64,000 nucleotides of DNA from Eledone cirrhosa (taxonomy: Eukaryota): contig OZ024747.1 in the NCBI GenBank assembly GCA_964016885.1, positions 70,928,001 to 70,992,000 on the forward strand, read 5' to 3'. The translations under genes were made by a program, and so were the position numbers. A model generated the notes under the pieces. The model was given only the letters and a program-made list of their open reading frames with translations, had not been told where the DNA came from and made no database searches. Each line of letters starts with the position of its first letter. Position 1 is the stretch's first letter. Below, piece by piece: positions 41,059-56,224 of this stretch.

Positions 41059-41186
41059 AAGCATATATCGAAACATACATACAAAAGAGGTAGATATGTA
41101 TTTTCATATAATGGGCAATTGAATATATAAATATGAATGTAATATGTATTTTTTCTATATATGTATGAATACATACACACACACAG

Positions 41187-41233
<47 letters not shown>

Positions 41234-41331
41234 AATACATACTAACTCACAAACATACATATTCATATACACACATACACACAGCTAGATTTAACAGGTA
41301 TATAGTCATCTCCACACTACATAAGACATAC

Positions 41332-41392
<61 letters not shown>

Positions 41393-41679
41393 AAATGTGT
41401 TTACATACTGACACACTAAACAGTTCACTTTCAATTTTACGTGCTTCTGCCTCACCTTGTCACACCAATCTATCTGTTCATTTGTTTCGCTCTCCACAGC
41501 TTTAAACAGCGTTCCAAACCATTCACCTATTTCTTATCTCCTCTCCACCATCTCTTACTACTCCCTCCTCCCCCTTTCTAGTTCTATTTTTTTTTACTGT
41601 TATTTTGTTGTTGCTATTGCTATTTTCTATTACTGCCGTTGGTGTTGTTGTTGCTGTTGTTGTCTATCATGTTGTTATG

Positions 41680-41757
<78 letters not shown>

Positions 41758-43093
41758 CACATACATGCACATACATATATATATATACATACATACATAC
41801 ATACACACATATATATATATATATATAGATCACTACTACCAACACAATCTCTCACGGCTAAAGGGAGGAAGGGCGTCGGGGTAGGTTGAGGCGAGAATTG
41901 ATTGACGGAGATGGTGGAGAACGGAGATGGTTGACAAAGGTTGCTGAAGGTTGGTTGAGGCTGGTCGAGGCTGGCGGAAGCTGGTGGAGGTTGGCGAAGG
42001 CTGGCAATGTCAGCGCCAGAGCTGTTCTTGTTTGTGACACCATATTGTTGGGGGAGGCAGTCTTCTTGAATTTTAAATATTTGGATACCTCTTAGCTGAG
42101 TGTTCGGAAACCACAATTAATTTACAATGACATTGTCCCGATTAAACTGAAAAGCTGAGATTAAGTAGATTTGCTTATTTGATCACATGAAATACGCAGG
42201 ATAGCATAAAAAATAGAAGGCAAAATAAAAACAACGGAGAGAATAAAAAAAGGAGATAAAGAGAAAAAATATAAAAGGAAAGTAAAGAAAAGAGTAAAAA
42301 TGGCGCGGCTGTCGCCATTTTAAATTGATTCTTAAAGGGACGCGTCAAGTTGGTGTTATATACAAAGAGAAATTAAACTGTTCAACAGAAAACCGTTACA
42401 GAATAAGTTAATGGAGGAAACAAAATGTTATATATCATTAATGCTAATGAAGACCGCTCCCAGTATAAATATTTTTTATATTGGTTGCATACTTTTTTTT
42501 CATTCTCGTTGATTTTACGAGCTGACACAAATTGATATCATTAATTTGCTATATTAATAGAAAATATATGTATCTATCGCGTTTCTTTGCTTGTTCAACG
42601 TTCTATGTATCTATTTAACGGTCTAACGTTCATAGAAAAAAGAAATTGCGGTATATTTATGTGCTGTGACAAGAAAACATATATATATAACGTTTCGCGT
42701 ATTGCTGTTTCAGTCTCCTATGAAGGGATTTTTCCAGCGTCGTTCAATATTATGGCTCCTCAGGGTGTACCGATTTACCTTAACTTTCCCCTTTTACTAA
42801 ATTGATCTAGCTGGCGTATACTATGGCTAGTCTCTCAGAATTCTAACGATTATATTTGCGTTTGTGTATGTTCTACTTGTTTATAAAAGGATTCCGGTGG
42901 TCCATATTTTCAATTCAATTTTTACAGCTTGGGTGTGTTCGATAACACAACAGACTGTATATTGATTAAGGTTGGAGAAAATGAGATAATTTAATCAGGA
43001 TACGATACACAAAACTGTTGGTATTTGAAGCAGTCGTTTCGATAAAACTTTATTCTATAGTGTTTAAATATTTATTATTGTTTTTTTATGTAT

Positions 43094-43232
43094 AGAGTTA
43101 CGGTCCTTGCCATTCTGAGTTCAAATCCCGCCGAGGATAACTTTGCCTTTCATCCTTACAGGGTCGATAAAATAAAGTACCAGTAATGCACTGGGTATTT
43201 GCTGGCCTTGTGCCAAACGTAGAAACAATTAT
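43094..43232 (+). mobile_element. SINE family 1 (5'-truncated)
   Basis: GAGTTCAAATCCCGCCGAGG..GGGTCGATAAAATAAAGTACCAGT..GGCCTTGTGCC. Confidence 0.8.
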
Positions 43233-44289
43233 TGTTTATTGTTAATTTTAAGTGATATACTTGTTGTTGTTTATCGTCAGGGTTTCCAGGTTTGGTCAGC
43301 CTGCAATTTTGTACATCAGCGATAATATCTGTAATACGGTATGGTGTGGTTTTGAGAGAGGTTTTGCTATTACGAGAGGGACTAAATACCACGTTTAGAG
43401 GTTCAGTCGTGGTATATATCTCACTTATTTGTTTGTGTGTGTTGAGGGCCATGCGGGGGAAGAGCTCGGTATAGCTGAACTTAGTCATGGACGTTGAGCT
43501 GCACTTCTAGATACCTTGCGTCACTAGAGCTAGTTGTAAGGAATAACAACATGATTTCACTGAGGAAATCAGTTATTGATTAACGAACATGCTATCAAAA
43601 AGATCTATGTTGAGTACTCTAACAATTGTATATTGATGTTAAGGACGTATTTATGTGTTTATATACGTTACTGTTGCGTTTATATACGTTACTGTTGCTT
43701 CACCAACTTGAGCACTCGGTGCATAGGTGGGTCCGTTTAAGTATAGTACGTGGTGTTATATACGTGGTGTTATATATGTGGTGTTATACTATGGTCGGTT
43801 TCTTTCATAAGCAGAGTGTAATATTAATAATTGCAAATTTCACATTGTTTCTTCGGTTTGCAATAGTGGTACATAAAAAAAGTGGTAAAAAAAAAACACA
43901 AACAAAAAAGAACATTGTAATTAAACCTAGGTGTACTAGACTTTTGAGAATAAAGTGTCTTCCTAACGAACAAACCGCAGTGCCAGTGAGAGGCTCTCAC
44001 GTTGATCACCATTCTGATGGCTATATGCATTCCCATTTCAGCTAAATATTTGAAATCATGGCGACAAAGGAAAGCCTGAATAAATGCATTGCATAGTTCA
44101 GTTTCTTCATTTTCCATTCCCATTTGAATTCCAAATAAATGCTTCTTAGTCCATTCGTAAACTCGATAGCAACATTGCAAGTCGGTATCACAACAATCGA
44201 CATCACTCATCTTTAAGAAATGACGTTGAAGAAATGGGAAATAACAGCTGATAACATCGCTTCTATTGTTGCCATCCAAATATACATGA

Positions 44290-44344
<55 letters not shown>

Positions 44345-44384
44345 TTCTCCTTCCCTCACTTCTCTCCCTTACATTATTTTCGTT

Positions 44385-44520
44385 GCGTAGTTTAGTGGTT
44401 AGAGCAAATTGAGTTAGATTGACAAACATGAGGTGGTGAGTTCGATTCACGGCCCGGGCGATGCCGTGTGTCTTTGAGCAAACCATTTGGTTTCATATTG
44501 TTCCAATTTACTCAGCAGCA
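44385..44520 (+). mobile_element. SINE family 2, diverged
   Basis: TAGTTTAGTGG A-box, GAGTTCGATTC B-box, TGTGTCTTTGAGCAAA. Confidence 0.6.
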
Positions 44521-44925
44521 GAAACTTAACACTTTTAGTAGTATCCTGAAATAGATGCATTAATTTGCATATTATTTGTTTACTACTTTGCAATGAAAGT
44601 TATTGGACTTGATAAATACGTTGAAACTTTGCTAAAATAAATCATTTCCCAAAAAGTATTTCTCTCCCTAACAATTCATGTCTCGTTAATGCTCAATTTT
44701 TTCTGTTCATGAATATGATATTGCACCTTCTGCTGTTATCCCCCTGAAAAAAGAAAGGAAATACACGTGCATACACACACACACATATATATATATATAA
44801 TATATATATGTGTGTGTGTGTGCGTATGCGTGTGATAGTATGTATCTATATATATACAGTATATATATATATATATATATATACATATATATACATATAT
44901 ATATATACATATATATGTATATATG

Positions 44926-45011
<86 letters not shown>

Positions 45012-45527
45012 AAGTGTTGCTTTTTTTCTTTTAAATTTTGTTTATTGAAAACACTATATTGTTCAAAAATCTTTGATTAAATATATTTTTCATATCTTTC
45101 CAGTCATTTATATTTTGTTTTGAAACATTACTTTTCCCATTATTCATTTGTACTTCAAGATCTTTCCAATCTTCTCTTTTGAATGGAATCGTTTTAATAG
45201 TGGTTGGTATTGCTGTTTATATTGTACACCAAATTCAATGAAACTACGCCGTATCTCTGTTACGTTCGCTATGTTCCAATTTGAATTTGTTTGGACATTG
45301 CTTTAATGTTCAAAGTTGTTTCTAATAATCAAAATAATTCGGATATTGTATCTCATGAATTTAAGCTATACAGAGCAGTCGGTCACATGGGATTGGATAT
45401 TAAAGCGGCCGGGACTCAATGTACTGAAATGGATGAATATTGTCTCTATATATTGAAAGCCATGGGTTTCCCAAACCAAGTACACACATACACACACACA
45501 CACACCAACACACACACATATAAATAA

Positions 45528-45564
<37 letters not shown>

Positions 45565-45565
<1 letters not shown>

Positions 45566-45600
45566 TAGCAGAGGTACCCGGAAATACTCGGGTATTTTAT
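45565..45600 (-). mobile_element. Helitron 3' terminus (extent to the right not determined)
   Basis: Minus strand TACCCGAG-TATT-TCCGGGTA hairpin, then CTAG|T into (TA)n. Confidence 0.6.
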
Positions 45601-46728
45601 GAAAGAGATAATATTTTGACACATTTGACCAATAACATAGTGTCACCAATTAAGTATTTTCACTAAAGTAGGAATTATAGCAATATTTTTGTTGGCATTT
45701 GTTTAGTGCAAGATCTAGATAAAAATATTATTAGTTTTGTCTAGTGGTGTTTTCCTTGAATTCTACTCCCTTTTTCAATCAGCATATACAATGTTTTACC
45801 CATAGATAAATCGTCTTATTTGTTGTCAGTTCGACAGCCAATTCTCCCTGTGAACTCAAATCATTATAATCTACTAATTTCTGTCCATGTTATTGTAATC
45901 TTTCTAAAACTTCAATAACGTAAGAAATTTAATTCTTACATATATTGATCGTATCTCATCTACAATAACAGAAATTTAATTCTTACATACATTGATTGTA
46001 ATTCATCTATAATAACTTTAGTTAAACTTTAATTGCTCTACATTTTGTCATTTACATTACCTTGGTGATTTCTGTAAGCAATGGTGATATCGCACGTACT
46101 GTTTCCGAAAAGTATGTCTTAATTGTCTATATATTAATTGTCCATATAGTGCCTCACCCCTATCTTTGTCTATACACTCATTAAAGTATATGATTTATTA
46201 CATCTATATATATAAGCAATATCATTATTCACTTAGCATATTTTATTTCGCTAATCGTAATATTCTACACTTCTTTTATATATTAATAATTATATATAAC
46301 CTTACACATTCTCTTTTTCTCTTTCTTTCTCCTAATCTATATTTTCATTTAGTTAAATATAATGGCGTTTCTGTCATTCAAATCCAGTATCTGGTTTTCA
46401 CAACTATTTGAGTCACGTTATTTCCCAGATAATATGAAATATTTGCAATATACAGACGTTTTTCCCTGAAATTGCTTGCTTTCGAATATTTTAGTATCTT
46501 TTATGAAGGATCTGCAGATACAAGATTAAGAGAAATTCATGTTTAATGGCAGATTGCTCGAGTCAATGCCCATGTTGTAATACATATGTGTATCCATATA
46601 TAGTAGTAATGAAACTTGAGCGGGTGTTTCACTATTTCACATTTTCATTTATGTGTTGTTAAAACATTGGTTTCCAATGTATTATGTATATATATATACA
46701 TACACACGCACATGAACGTACAAACAAA

Positions 46729-47135
<407 letters not shown>

Positions 47136-47141
47136 TATATC

Positions 47142-47188
<47 letters not shown>

Positions 47189-47411
47189 TTCCTACATGCA
47201 CGCACACACACATTCATATATATATATTTATATATTGAGAAAGAGAGAGGGTGAGAGATGTACATAAACACACTACAATGTTCAACGTGTTATTCTTATT
47301 TAATCAGGTGTGTGGTGCTTCTAACCTGATCTTAGCATTTCATTTATTAACAAATTTGCAATATATGCATATTACACATACATACATATATACATTCATA
47401 CATTCATGCAT

Positions 47412-47489
<78 letters not shown>

Positions 47490-47526
47490 ATGTGTGTGTG
47501 TGTGTGTGGGTGTATGTATATATAAG

Positions 47527-47561
<35 letters not shown>

Positions 47562-47565
<4 letters not shown>

Positions 47566-47720
47566 ATAATAATAAATTTGAAGACTAAAATCCAAAGAGG
47601 GCTCGATAAGGATAAATATATATCAAATATATATGAACCGTAGAGCAAATATTTATTGAGTTTCAGAAGATCCCGTTAAGGGTGAAAGCAGCGATTCTTT
47701 GCTTAAACTTTAATCTCTTA

Positions 47721-47727
<7 letters not shown>
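47562..47727. mobile_element. Family A two-ended terminal insertion
   Basis: Minus long terminus at 47562-47657; plus arm from AGTTTCAGAAGA to TTATTTTAAT. Confidence 0.85.
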
Positions 47728-47772
<45 letters not shown>

Positions 47773-47775
47773 TCG

Positions 47776-47832
<57 letters not shown>

Positions 47833-48973
47833 TCGCTAACACTTCGTTTTCAGTAACCACACAACCTCGCCTCCTAACCCGTATTTTTGTATATATATAT
47901 AAAGGTATATGGTTACGACATAACTGTGAGTATGTGTGTATGAATGTGTACATGTCTATAAATATAAAAACATGATGCATACACAGTTGTTTGTTAAAAT
48001 TAATCCATATATACCTGTTTGTATCGATTAGTTAGAGTGCCATACAACGAAAAAAAGACAGATATCATAGCAGACCACATTATGTGGTATATAAATGAAG
48101 TAAATGGTTAAGGAATTGTATTGGCCGTTTACAGAAGACAGTAGAGCAAAGAAACAAGGAATTTCTACAAATTGGACCTATTGCTAGATAAAGATTGATA
48201 TCTTAGAAGATGGCTGGCTTCCTGATATATACGCGTTGTTAACGTGTGTGTATGTCGGGGTGGGGAAACGGATGGAAGTGGGTGGGTGAAGAAAGCTGTG
48301 TAATAGTTGTCGCTCCATAGAGATGGCATGTTGCGTGTATAACTGCTAAATTTATTGTAATGTAATAAAGTGTCTAGATTGCAGAGACAACCGTGTAACC
48401 ATAGTCGCTGCACCAGTTGAGTTAGTAAGAAAAATGAGTTTGACATCCCTTGAGACACAAGCTTCAGCCAAGAGGAAAACATGTTCACCTTTATAGAGCT
48501 TAAATTTATTTAGATATAGCTTCTCATTTCTCCATTAATTGATTTCCTTTTCCCTTATAATTGAGCAGCAAAACATTCAGCCTATTTTTGCAAAGACGAT
48601 TTGTGGATGTCTGTGGACAGTTGCTGTGTAAAATAGAGAAAACATGTTAAAAATATAATTCGGCTTTTCTGTCAGAAGAAAGCTGTGACAACGACGACTA
48701 TATATCTTGTGTAGGTGTTCTTCTGCCTGAATGGTAGTCAACCTACACATTAAAAACCATAAATACATGTTGCGCATGAGATGTAAGTAGTAGTACATTA
48801 TCATGTTATTCATTTTTTTTCTATATCTGATTTCAGATAAAAGTGCAGTTGTTTCGTGAGTAAACACAGAGTTCATGAGAGATGTTTAATCACCTGAAGA
48901 AATGAATGAATGAATGTGTGTATATAAATATTCATATATATTCATATCTATATATATACATATATATATAAAT

Positions 48974-49083
<110 letters not shown>

Positions 49084-49139
49084 ATTTATATGTATATATA
49101 TAGATATGAATATATATGAATATATCTATCTATATATAT

Positions 49140-49339
49140 AGGAACAAGTAGGACCCCGACGGCTGAGCTCAAGTCGTTTCGACGGGTAATTCTGGACTGC
49201 GTCCAGAATTAGCTGTCGAAACGGCTTGAGCTCAGCCGTCGGGGTCCTACTTGTTCCTATTACCCACTCTACTACCCTAAGTATTGAGTACTTTGGTGCG
49301 TTATGGTCCATCTGGTTCCTTACCACATTTCCTTCGTTA
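49140..49339 (+). mobile_element. Family D fold-back element
   Basis: ~59-bp inverted arms around 49199, then an ~80-nt tail; (TA)n flanks. Confidence 0.8.
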
Positions 49340-49360
49340 TATATATATATGAATATATAA

Positions 49361-49390
49361 TAGTAATAATAATAAATGTGAAGACTAAAA
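49361..49390 (-). mobile_element. Tip of the family A long terminus
   Basis: TAGTAATAATAATAAATGTGAAGACTAAAA matches the start of the 47562 and 51592 copies. Confidence 0.6.
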
Positions 49391-49431
49391 TACACACACA
49401 CATATATATATGTATGTATATATATGTATAC

Positions 49432-49509
<78 letters not shown>

Positions 49510-49589
49510 TATATAGTACACTTCTGTAGTATACATTTCTCCATACTTGCATCCTCGTTCTACTAACTGTCGTTAATGAACGCGGATTA

Positions 49590-49790
49590 ACAGAAACGTT
49601 AGAGCGTCGGACAAAATGTTATGAGGTATTTAGTTACGGCCCTTTACCTTCTAATTTCAAAGCTCGCCGTGGATACGTTTGCCTTTCAGCCGTACGATGT
49701 TGATCTAAGGGCAACAGTAAAGTACTGCAACTTATATAATCGGCTTTCCTCCACCCACAAATTGATATCCTTGTGCCTAAATTAGATATA
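49590..49790 (+). mobile_element. Diverged SINE family 1
   Basis: CGTTAGAGCGTCGGACAAA..GCCTTTCA..CCTTGTGCCTAAATTAG. Confidence 0.55.
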
Positions 49791-51544
49791 ATTATAGGCA
49801 AATTGGAGCTATATCTCTCATGTGATTAATGTATGTTATTTCACTGTATTCTATTTTGTTTTTTTTATTAATATCATAAATTGAATATTTGGAAACCTCT
49901 CAATTATAGAACTTTTCAAATCCTATCTAATTCGTAATGTGTACTAAGAAGACAGATTGTAATTCACCTTCATTTACAGAAGATTCTTACTCATGTATTG
50001 ACTATTTATCCCTGTTAACATTCGTCTTATTTTTAGACCTTCCTCTCACACATTCAAAATAATGTACTACGTGTACTATAAGTTTCACTGCCAATCCGAA
50101 GCATAAGTGACTCATTTCGTCATCGAATTTAGAGTAATTATTTCTAAATCTTACTTCCATGCCTGCTTTCTCAATGTATGTTCTGGAATTTTCTCTTCAA
50201 CCTTCGTGTCACTTTTTATCCCCCCACAGCTTCCGTGCCCCCCCCTCTCTCTCTCTAATATCTCATCTTAGTATTTTATTCATTCTGAAAGCAATCTAAA
50301 AAGTTAAGAGTGACATCACTTAGTGTTCGTGAATTTTGTCAACGGTGTGTGTAAATGTTCTACATTCTTATTGACAGGTAGACAGATAGATAAATTAGCA
50401 AACAAATAGGATAGTTTAATAATATATTCAATACTGACTGAAAGAGAAGTAAAGAAACAGGCAGAAGTTTTACATAATTAATGCAATCCTTATGATTCTT
50501 TGGAATTCTTCACACTCTAAAAGAACTCGTGCACAAGATTATTTGTAAAACATATATTTCCTTTTACTAAATACCCATCAGCTTTCTTTGATATTCGCAA
50601 ACCCTCATAGAAACAGAAGCAAGAATCCTAATTTGTGATGTATTTTTTACTTTTCACTTTTTCATATTTTTCTTGCTTCCAGTCACTGGAATTTAGCTGT
50701 ATTCAAGCACTGACGCCAAAGATATAATCAACAATATCATGCCAGGTAGGATTTGAACTCACAAAATAAAACTACATCGCTCTACGATGCAACTCTTTAC
50801 TTTTAAAATGTTCTTCAATTATGGCAATACTGCCGTACTATCGACGTATAATAAATTTCTATTCCAGGAAATTGGTCTTCCTAACTGCGAATTGCTTTTT
50901 AAACTTGGAATACAGTTTTACAAGTACTCTCAATTTAGATTGTAGGAATACATATAACAATTTGTGAACTCTCCATTTGTTTTTATTAATATTAATTAAA
51001 TGTCGCATTTCTGTATTAAGTAAACACTACAACTGACGTAAAACAGGAAGTTGTGGCATCCCAGCCTTTTTACAGGACATTAGTAGTGAAAATGAGATGA
51101 AATGAAATCAAATGAAGGGGATTTGATTCAATTGTGAGGAAAAACCTTGTCACAAATGCTAAGAATTTTAGAAGAAGGATGTAGTTTGCTGAATCGAACA
51201 TTACTAGTTTTCACTTTATTAGACCCAATTTGTACGAAATGTAAGTCACCATTTCACAAGTTTTGAATTCAAAATCGTAAGATACAGAAACTAACTATGG
51301 CAAAGTAGTTCATCCAACAAATTTGGCCTCCACAATGTAAACAAAAATTTAAAAAAATGTTCGGTAAACCTATACGTACATATATATATATATATATGTG
51401 CATGTATATATGTATATACATACTACTGTACGTCTGTATACATATATATATAATTTTATATGTATGTACGTATAAATACTTATATTTAAGTATCAGCCGT
51501 ACTAAGAGTGAGAAATGAAATTTCATTTTTTCCATATTTATATA

Positions 51545-51591
<47 letters not shown>

Positions 51592-51595
<4 letters not shown>

Positions 51596-51825
51596 ATAAT
51601 AATAAATTTGAAGACTAAAATCCAAAGAGGGCTCGATAAGGATAAATATATATCAAATATATAAGAACCGTAGAGCAAATATTTATTAAAATAACAGATT
51701 AAAGTTTAAGCAAAGAATCACTGATTTCACCCTTAACGGGATCTTCAGAAACTCAGTTTCAGAAGATCCCGTTAAGGGTGAAAGCACCGATTCTTTGCTT
51801 AAACTTTAATCTGTATTTTAATAAA
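51592..51825. mobile_element. Family A two-ended terminal insertion
   Basis: Arms meet at AAACT-C-AGTTT (51749-51759); long terminus on the left, short on the right. Confidence 0.85.
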
Positions 51826-52264
51826 TATATATATATATATATATATGTGTGTATGTATATATTCAGGTCAGGCTTCTGTGCTCTACTGGTACCATGTTAC
51901 CATGTAAACTAGTACAACAACTGGGAGTTTTCCAAGGGGAAACATTTTTAGTCCGAGGGGACAACACGTGGCCTCTGTTGATTATCGCGTGCGTACAACT
52001 AGAGAGTAGTTCAGTTATACTCACAATATGAAATCCGATATATAGGGACAATTAAATCACTTCCAAGGTAACTCTATCTCGTGTAATTATTTTTACACTC
52101 TTTCCTACGTTCCTCTACACACTATACGTCTCATTCTACATTTCCTCTTACATCTCTCTTATTAACACCTGATTCTGTTACCTGAATATTTACCCCTCTG
52201 CATCGTTGAGGCTTCCTAAACAACCAATTTTATTATTCCAGAATGCTTTAAGCAAATTTCAACA

Positions 52265-52345
<81 letters not shown>

Positions 52346-52569
52346 CGTGTGTTGCGTTGAAGCAAATAACTTTGTGTATACTCTGGGAATGTATCTTACA
52401 TTGTCCATGGAGTGCGCTGAGATACAACCGGTACTGGCATTGATAAATATGCTGGGTTCGTCAACCCTTATTATTATTATTATATATATGTAAAAGGTAA
52501 ACAGAAATAACAACACAATCGGTACAGTATATGGAAGGAATATATATATATATATATACACACACACGC

Positions 52570-52630
<61 letters not shown>

Positions 52631-53694
52631 CGTGTATGAAAGCAGTTGATTTTTATAATAAAGTTAATACACATATATATATGCATATAATTGTAGAAAC
52701 AACATAACTATCCATCAAGCTAAACAGCAAAAAAAAGTGTCCCAAGCCCTAACGGATTAAGTAACATATTTAGAAGGTGGGTGCGTCAGACATCCGTTCA
52801 TCTTGCTTTCGGTAACACCATGGTTTTGTAAAGATCATTTAGCTATCCAGACAAAAATATCTAACTAAATTATTGAATTCATTTGACAACGCTAAAAAAC
52901 AAATATCCCCCCCCCCCAAAAAAAAAGGTATAATCGAGAGTATTGATATTACATAAACTGATTTTATCACTCAGTAAGGGATGAAAGACTATGTTCAACT
53001 CGGTGGAAGTTTAATTGTAGAAGAACGAACGTAATAAAATATTTCATAGATCTAGTCCTCCACAGATTCTGCAAGCTCTCCGCCCTTAAATATTATAACA
53101 TTCATTACTATAACAAGGCAAAAGGAGAATATTTTGAATAAGATTGGTTATAGTCAATTTAATTGGTTCCAGTATCTTACTGGTGATTATATTATCGATA
53201 CTGAAAGGATAAAAGGTAAAGTATCCCTGACTGGATTTTATTTCACAAACGGCAGATACCAAACTAGATAGCGTTAAACTTCTACTTGATCTCTCTACCG
53301 TTTGCGTTAATTCCACCACCCTTAAAAACCAGCTTATTAATCAATCATTTAATCAAAACTTCTCTTTCTGTTTATATTTACGGATCACGCTACTTATCAA
53401 AGTCAATCTACCAATATATTGATCTCGATATTTGTCAGATTAGCAATATTTCAGTGTCGTTGCGAATGAGCCGAGTCGGTGAAACGGTTTTGATTCCTGA
53501 TTGAAGCCAATTCATGTTCAATCCCATAAAAATACAGTGCCTTTATGAAAAGTCAAATGAAACTAATATCAATTCAAATTCAAATCTCACAGAGCAATCT
53601 TTAAATCCTTGGTGAGCTGGATCTATTAGCCAAAGATTGCCTGCCCATTGTGTTGTATGCTAGTCTCATTTTCTTTTGCTATACATTTATAGTT

Positions 53695-53950
53695 ACGTGG
53701 TCTATTGCTTAACGTTTTTAGATTACGATTATAATGTTGTGAGTTCGATTCCTTGATGAGATGGTGCACTGTGTTCTTGAGCAAAACACTTTATTTCACG
53801 TTACGCCAGTACATTAAGTTGAAAATAATAATCCAGCAATATCTAGGGTTAACCCTGCGATGGAAAGGCATTCTCTCCAGGAGAGAGTCATACCCACAGT
53901 CGCTTAACGCGGATGAACACTGAAACCTGGGATAAGCACCGGCCTGATGG
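53695..53950 (+). mobile_element. SINE family 2
   Basis: GAGTTCGATTCC, TGTGTTCTTGAGCAAAACACTTTATTTCACG, AACCCTGCGATGG, GGATAAGCACCGGCC. Confidence 0.7.
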
Positions 53951-54419
53951 CTTGGTACACACTATACATTTTAATACATTTGCAATGAAAATAATTTATT
54001 CACAATATTTATGCACTGAGGCTAAATCATCATGAGCTCAATGATTGCATCATTTATATAACGTCTTGACAAGTAAGATGGACACCTCTGAATATGTATC
54101 ACATATAACAGACTTTTTTGTCGGAGTATAACATTCTCCGTATTTGCCATAAGACAAAAAGTATATTGATGTACAATTATACTAGCGACTGAAGGAAACT
54201 ACTCAGAGGCACCATCCACACGATAGATAACAATTTATGTTTCCTACCATATTTAATGTATTAAGGAAAATATCGAATTAATTAATCAACAATAGTTACG
54301 TACGTAAAAAATCTTTGACTAATAATATTTTAATCTGATTTTCGCAAGTAGGGGCAGCAATCGTAAATATGTTTCGGTCCCATTAAACCACATCAACGTC
54401 CATACCATCATAATGATGT

Positions 54420-55080
54420 CTAGTATAGGCACAAGGCCAATAATTTGGCAGGAGGGAAAAGTCGATTGAATCGACCCCAGTACGTTACTGGTGCCTTATT
54501 TTATCGACTCCGGTAAGGATGAAAGGCAGAGTTAATCTAAAGGCAGGATTTGAACTCAGACCATAAAGGGCCGTAACTCATGGTGTCCTACGCCCTACCA
54601 ATACTGCCAATCCATCGCCCTCACTCCCATATCATAATAAGGATTTCTTGTATGGGCACAATGCCAGTAATTTGGTGGGAGGGGAAATCCGATTAAATCG
54701 ACCCTAGTAAGTTACTGGTACTATATTTTATCGACCCCGTAAGGATGAAAGCAAAGTTAACCTCGGCGGGATTTGAACTCAGACCATAAACGGAGGTAAC
54801 TCTATGCTTCAAAGCATGGCGCCCGACCCTCTACCGATACTGCCAATCCACCATTACTACCATAATAAAGATTTCTAGTATAGGCACAAGGCCAGTAATT
54901 TGGGGAAGGGGAAAGTCGATTAAATCGACCCCAGTACGTTACTGGTGCCTTATTTTATCGACCTCGTAAGGATGAAAGGCAAAGTTAACCTCGACGGGAG
55001 TTGAACTCAAACCGTAAAGGGATGTAACTATGCTAGAAAGCATGGCATCCAACCCTCTATTGATACTGCTAATTCACATA
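54420..55080 (-). mobile_element. Three head-to-tail SINE family 1 copies
   Basis: Units of ~225 bp at ~54420, ~54645 and ~54872, each with GGCACAA.GCCA..ATCGACCC.AGTA..TTGAACTCA. Confidence 0.85.
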
Positions 55081-56224
55081 CTATAATAATGAGAAGAGAA
55101 TCATTGATTTGTAACCTTGAGCTTCAGTATGATATCCGCTATTCAATATCTAGAATTATGTTGAGAACGCGTTATTACAAGATGCGACCAAAAGGTAGAT
55201 TTAATCCCCAAATAAATTTAAGTAATTTCCCTTACGTAGCTGCATTTTTAAAAAACAAAATGACATTTACTCTATCCCATTTCTTAACTATGAGTGAAGG
55301 TATCATAATTGAATGTTTAAAAAGTTAACTTTGCAATCATTAGATCACAGGTTCGATTCTGTTCTGTGGCAGCTTGAACAAGTGTTATTATAGCGTTTGG
55401 TCAACAGAAATATTTAAAGTGAAATTGGGTTGTCGGAACTGGCTTGAAAACTCATTGGATGGACTGTATCTAATTCAAAGGACCACCCTTGTCACACTGT
55501 CACGCTGAATCTTTTTAAGGATTATGTTAAAAGTATACGTGACTATGGAATGTTCTGCCAGTTACGTGGTAATTTCAAGAACAGGCTCTTCCGTTGTTCG
55601 TAAAACTGGAACATCCATCGTCGAAACCGCCGGAAAGCCATGAAATTCTACAATATTTGCGTATAGTCGAATGAAGCCATCATAAAATAAGGTAACGTTT
55701 TCTACATGATAGCGCTATATGCCTGATCTTTAGCCGAGAACTAATGCTCTTTGGAAATAGCAAAGATATTCTGTCAAATTTCAATACTATAAAATACTGT
55801 CTTTGGCCTAGTTAAAAGAAACAAATATTTATGTAATGCATAGATCTTCGTAGGTTTGCAATCTTTAGACAGACTTAGCATGACAGTGTGTGGCAAAGTT
55901 GGTCCATTGAATTATAAGTATAATCGATCTGACGGGCTCCTCAAAGATTGTCAGCCCGACCTCCTTCAAAATAATTTAAAAAGTTTTACTAATTAGCATA
56001 CTAGATATTGTAACTAAAACCTAACCATGTTACGTTGACGTCATGTCATTATACTTATGCCATATGAACCAATCAATTTCGATTGGTAGAATATTAATAG
56101 ATATTTTAAGCTCTAGACGTATTTGCATGACAATCCGGGAATATGGTTAAAGAGAATGTATCAATGATTTACTAAAATTGAAATTAATCTTCAGATATCA
56201 ATAGCTAATTAATAATTGATTTCT

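Noticed and set aside
41870-42116. GC-rich ORFs on both strands
   Set aside because: Built largely from a degenerate ~10-bp repeat (GGYTGGYNGA-like); no homology recognised
43824-44279. 151-aa minus-strand ORF
   Set aside because: No recognisable motif; may be a decayed transposon but cannot be supported
48165-48876. Possible decayed Tc1-like transposase
   Set aside because: No clear DDE motifs or TIRs
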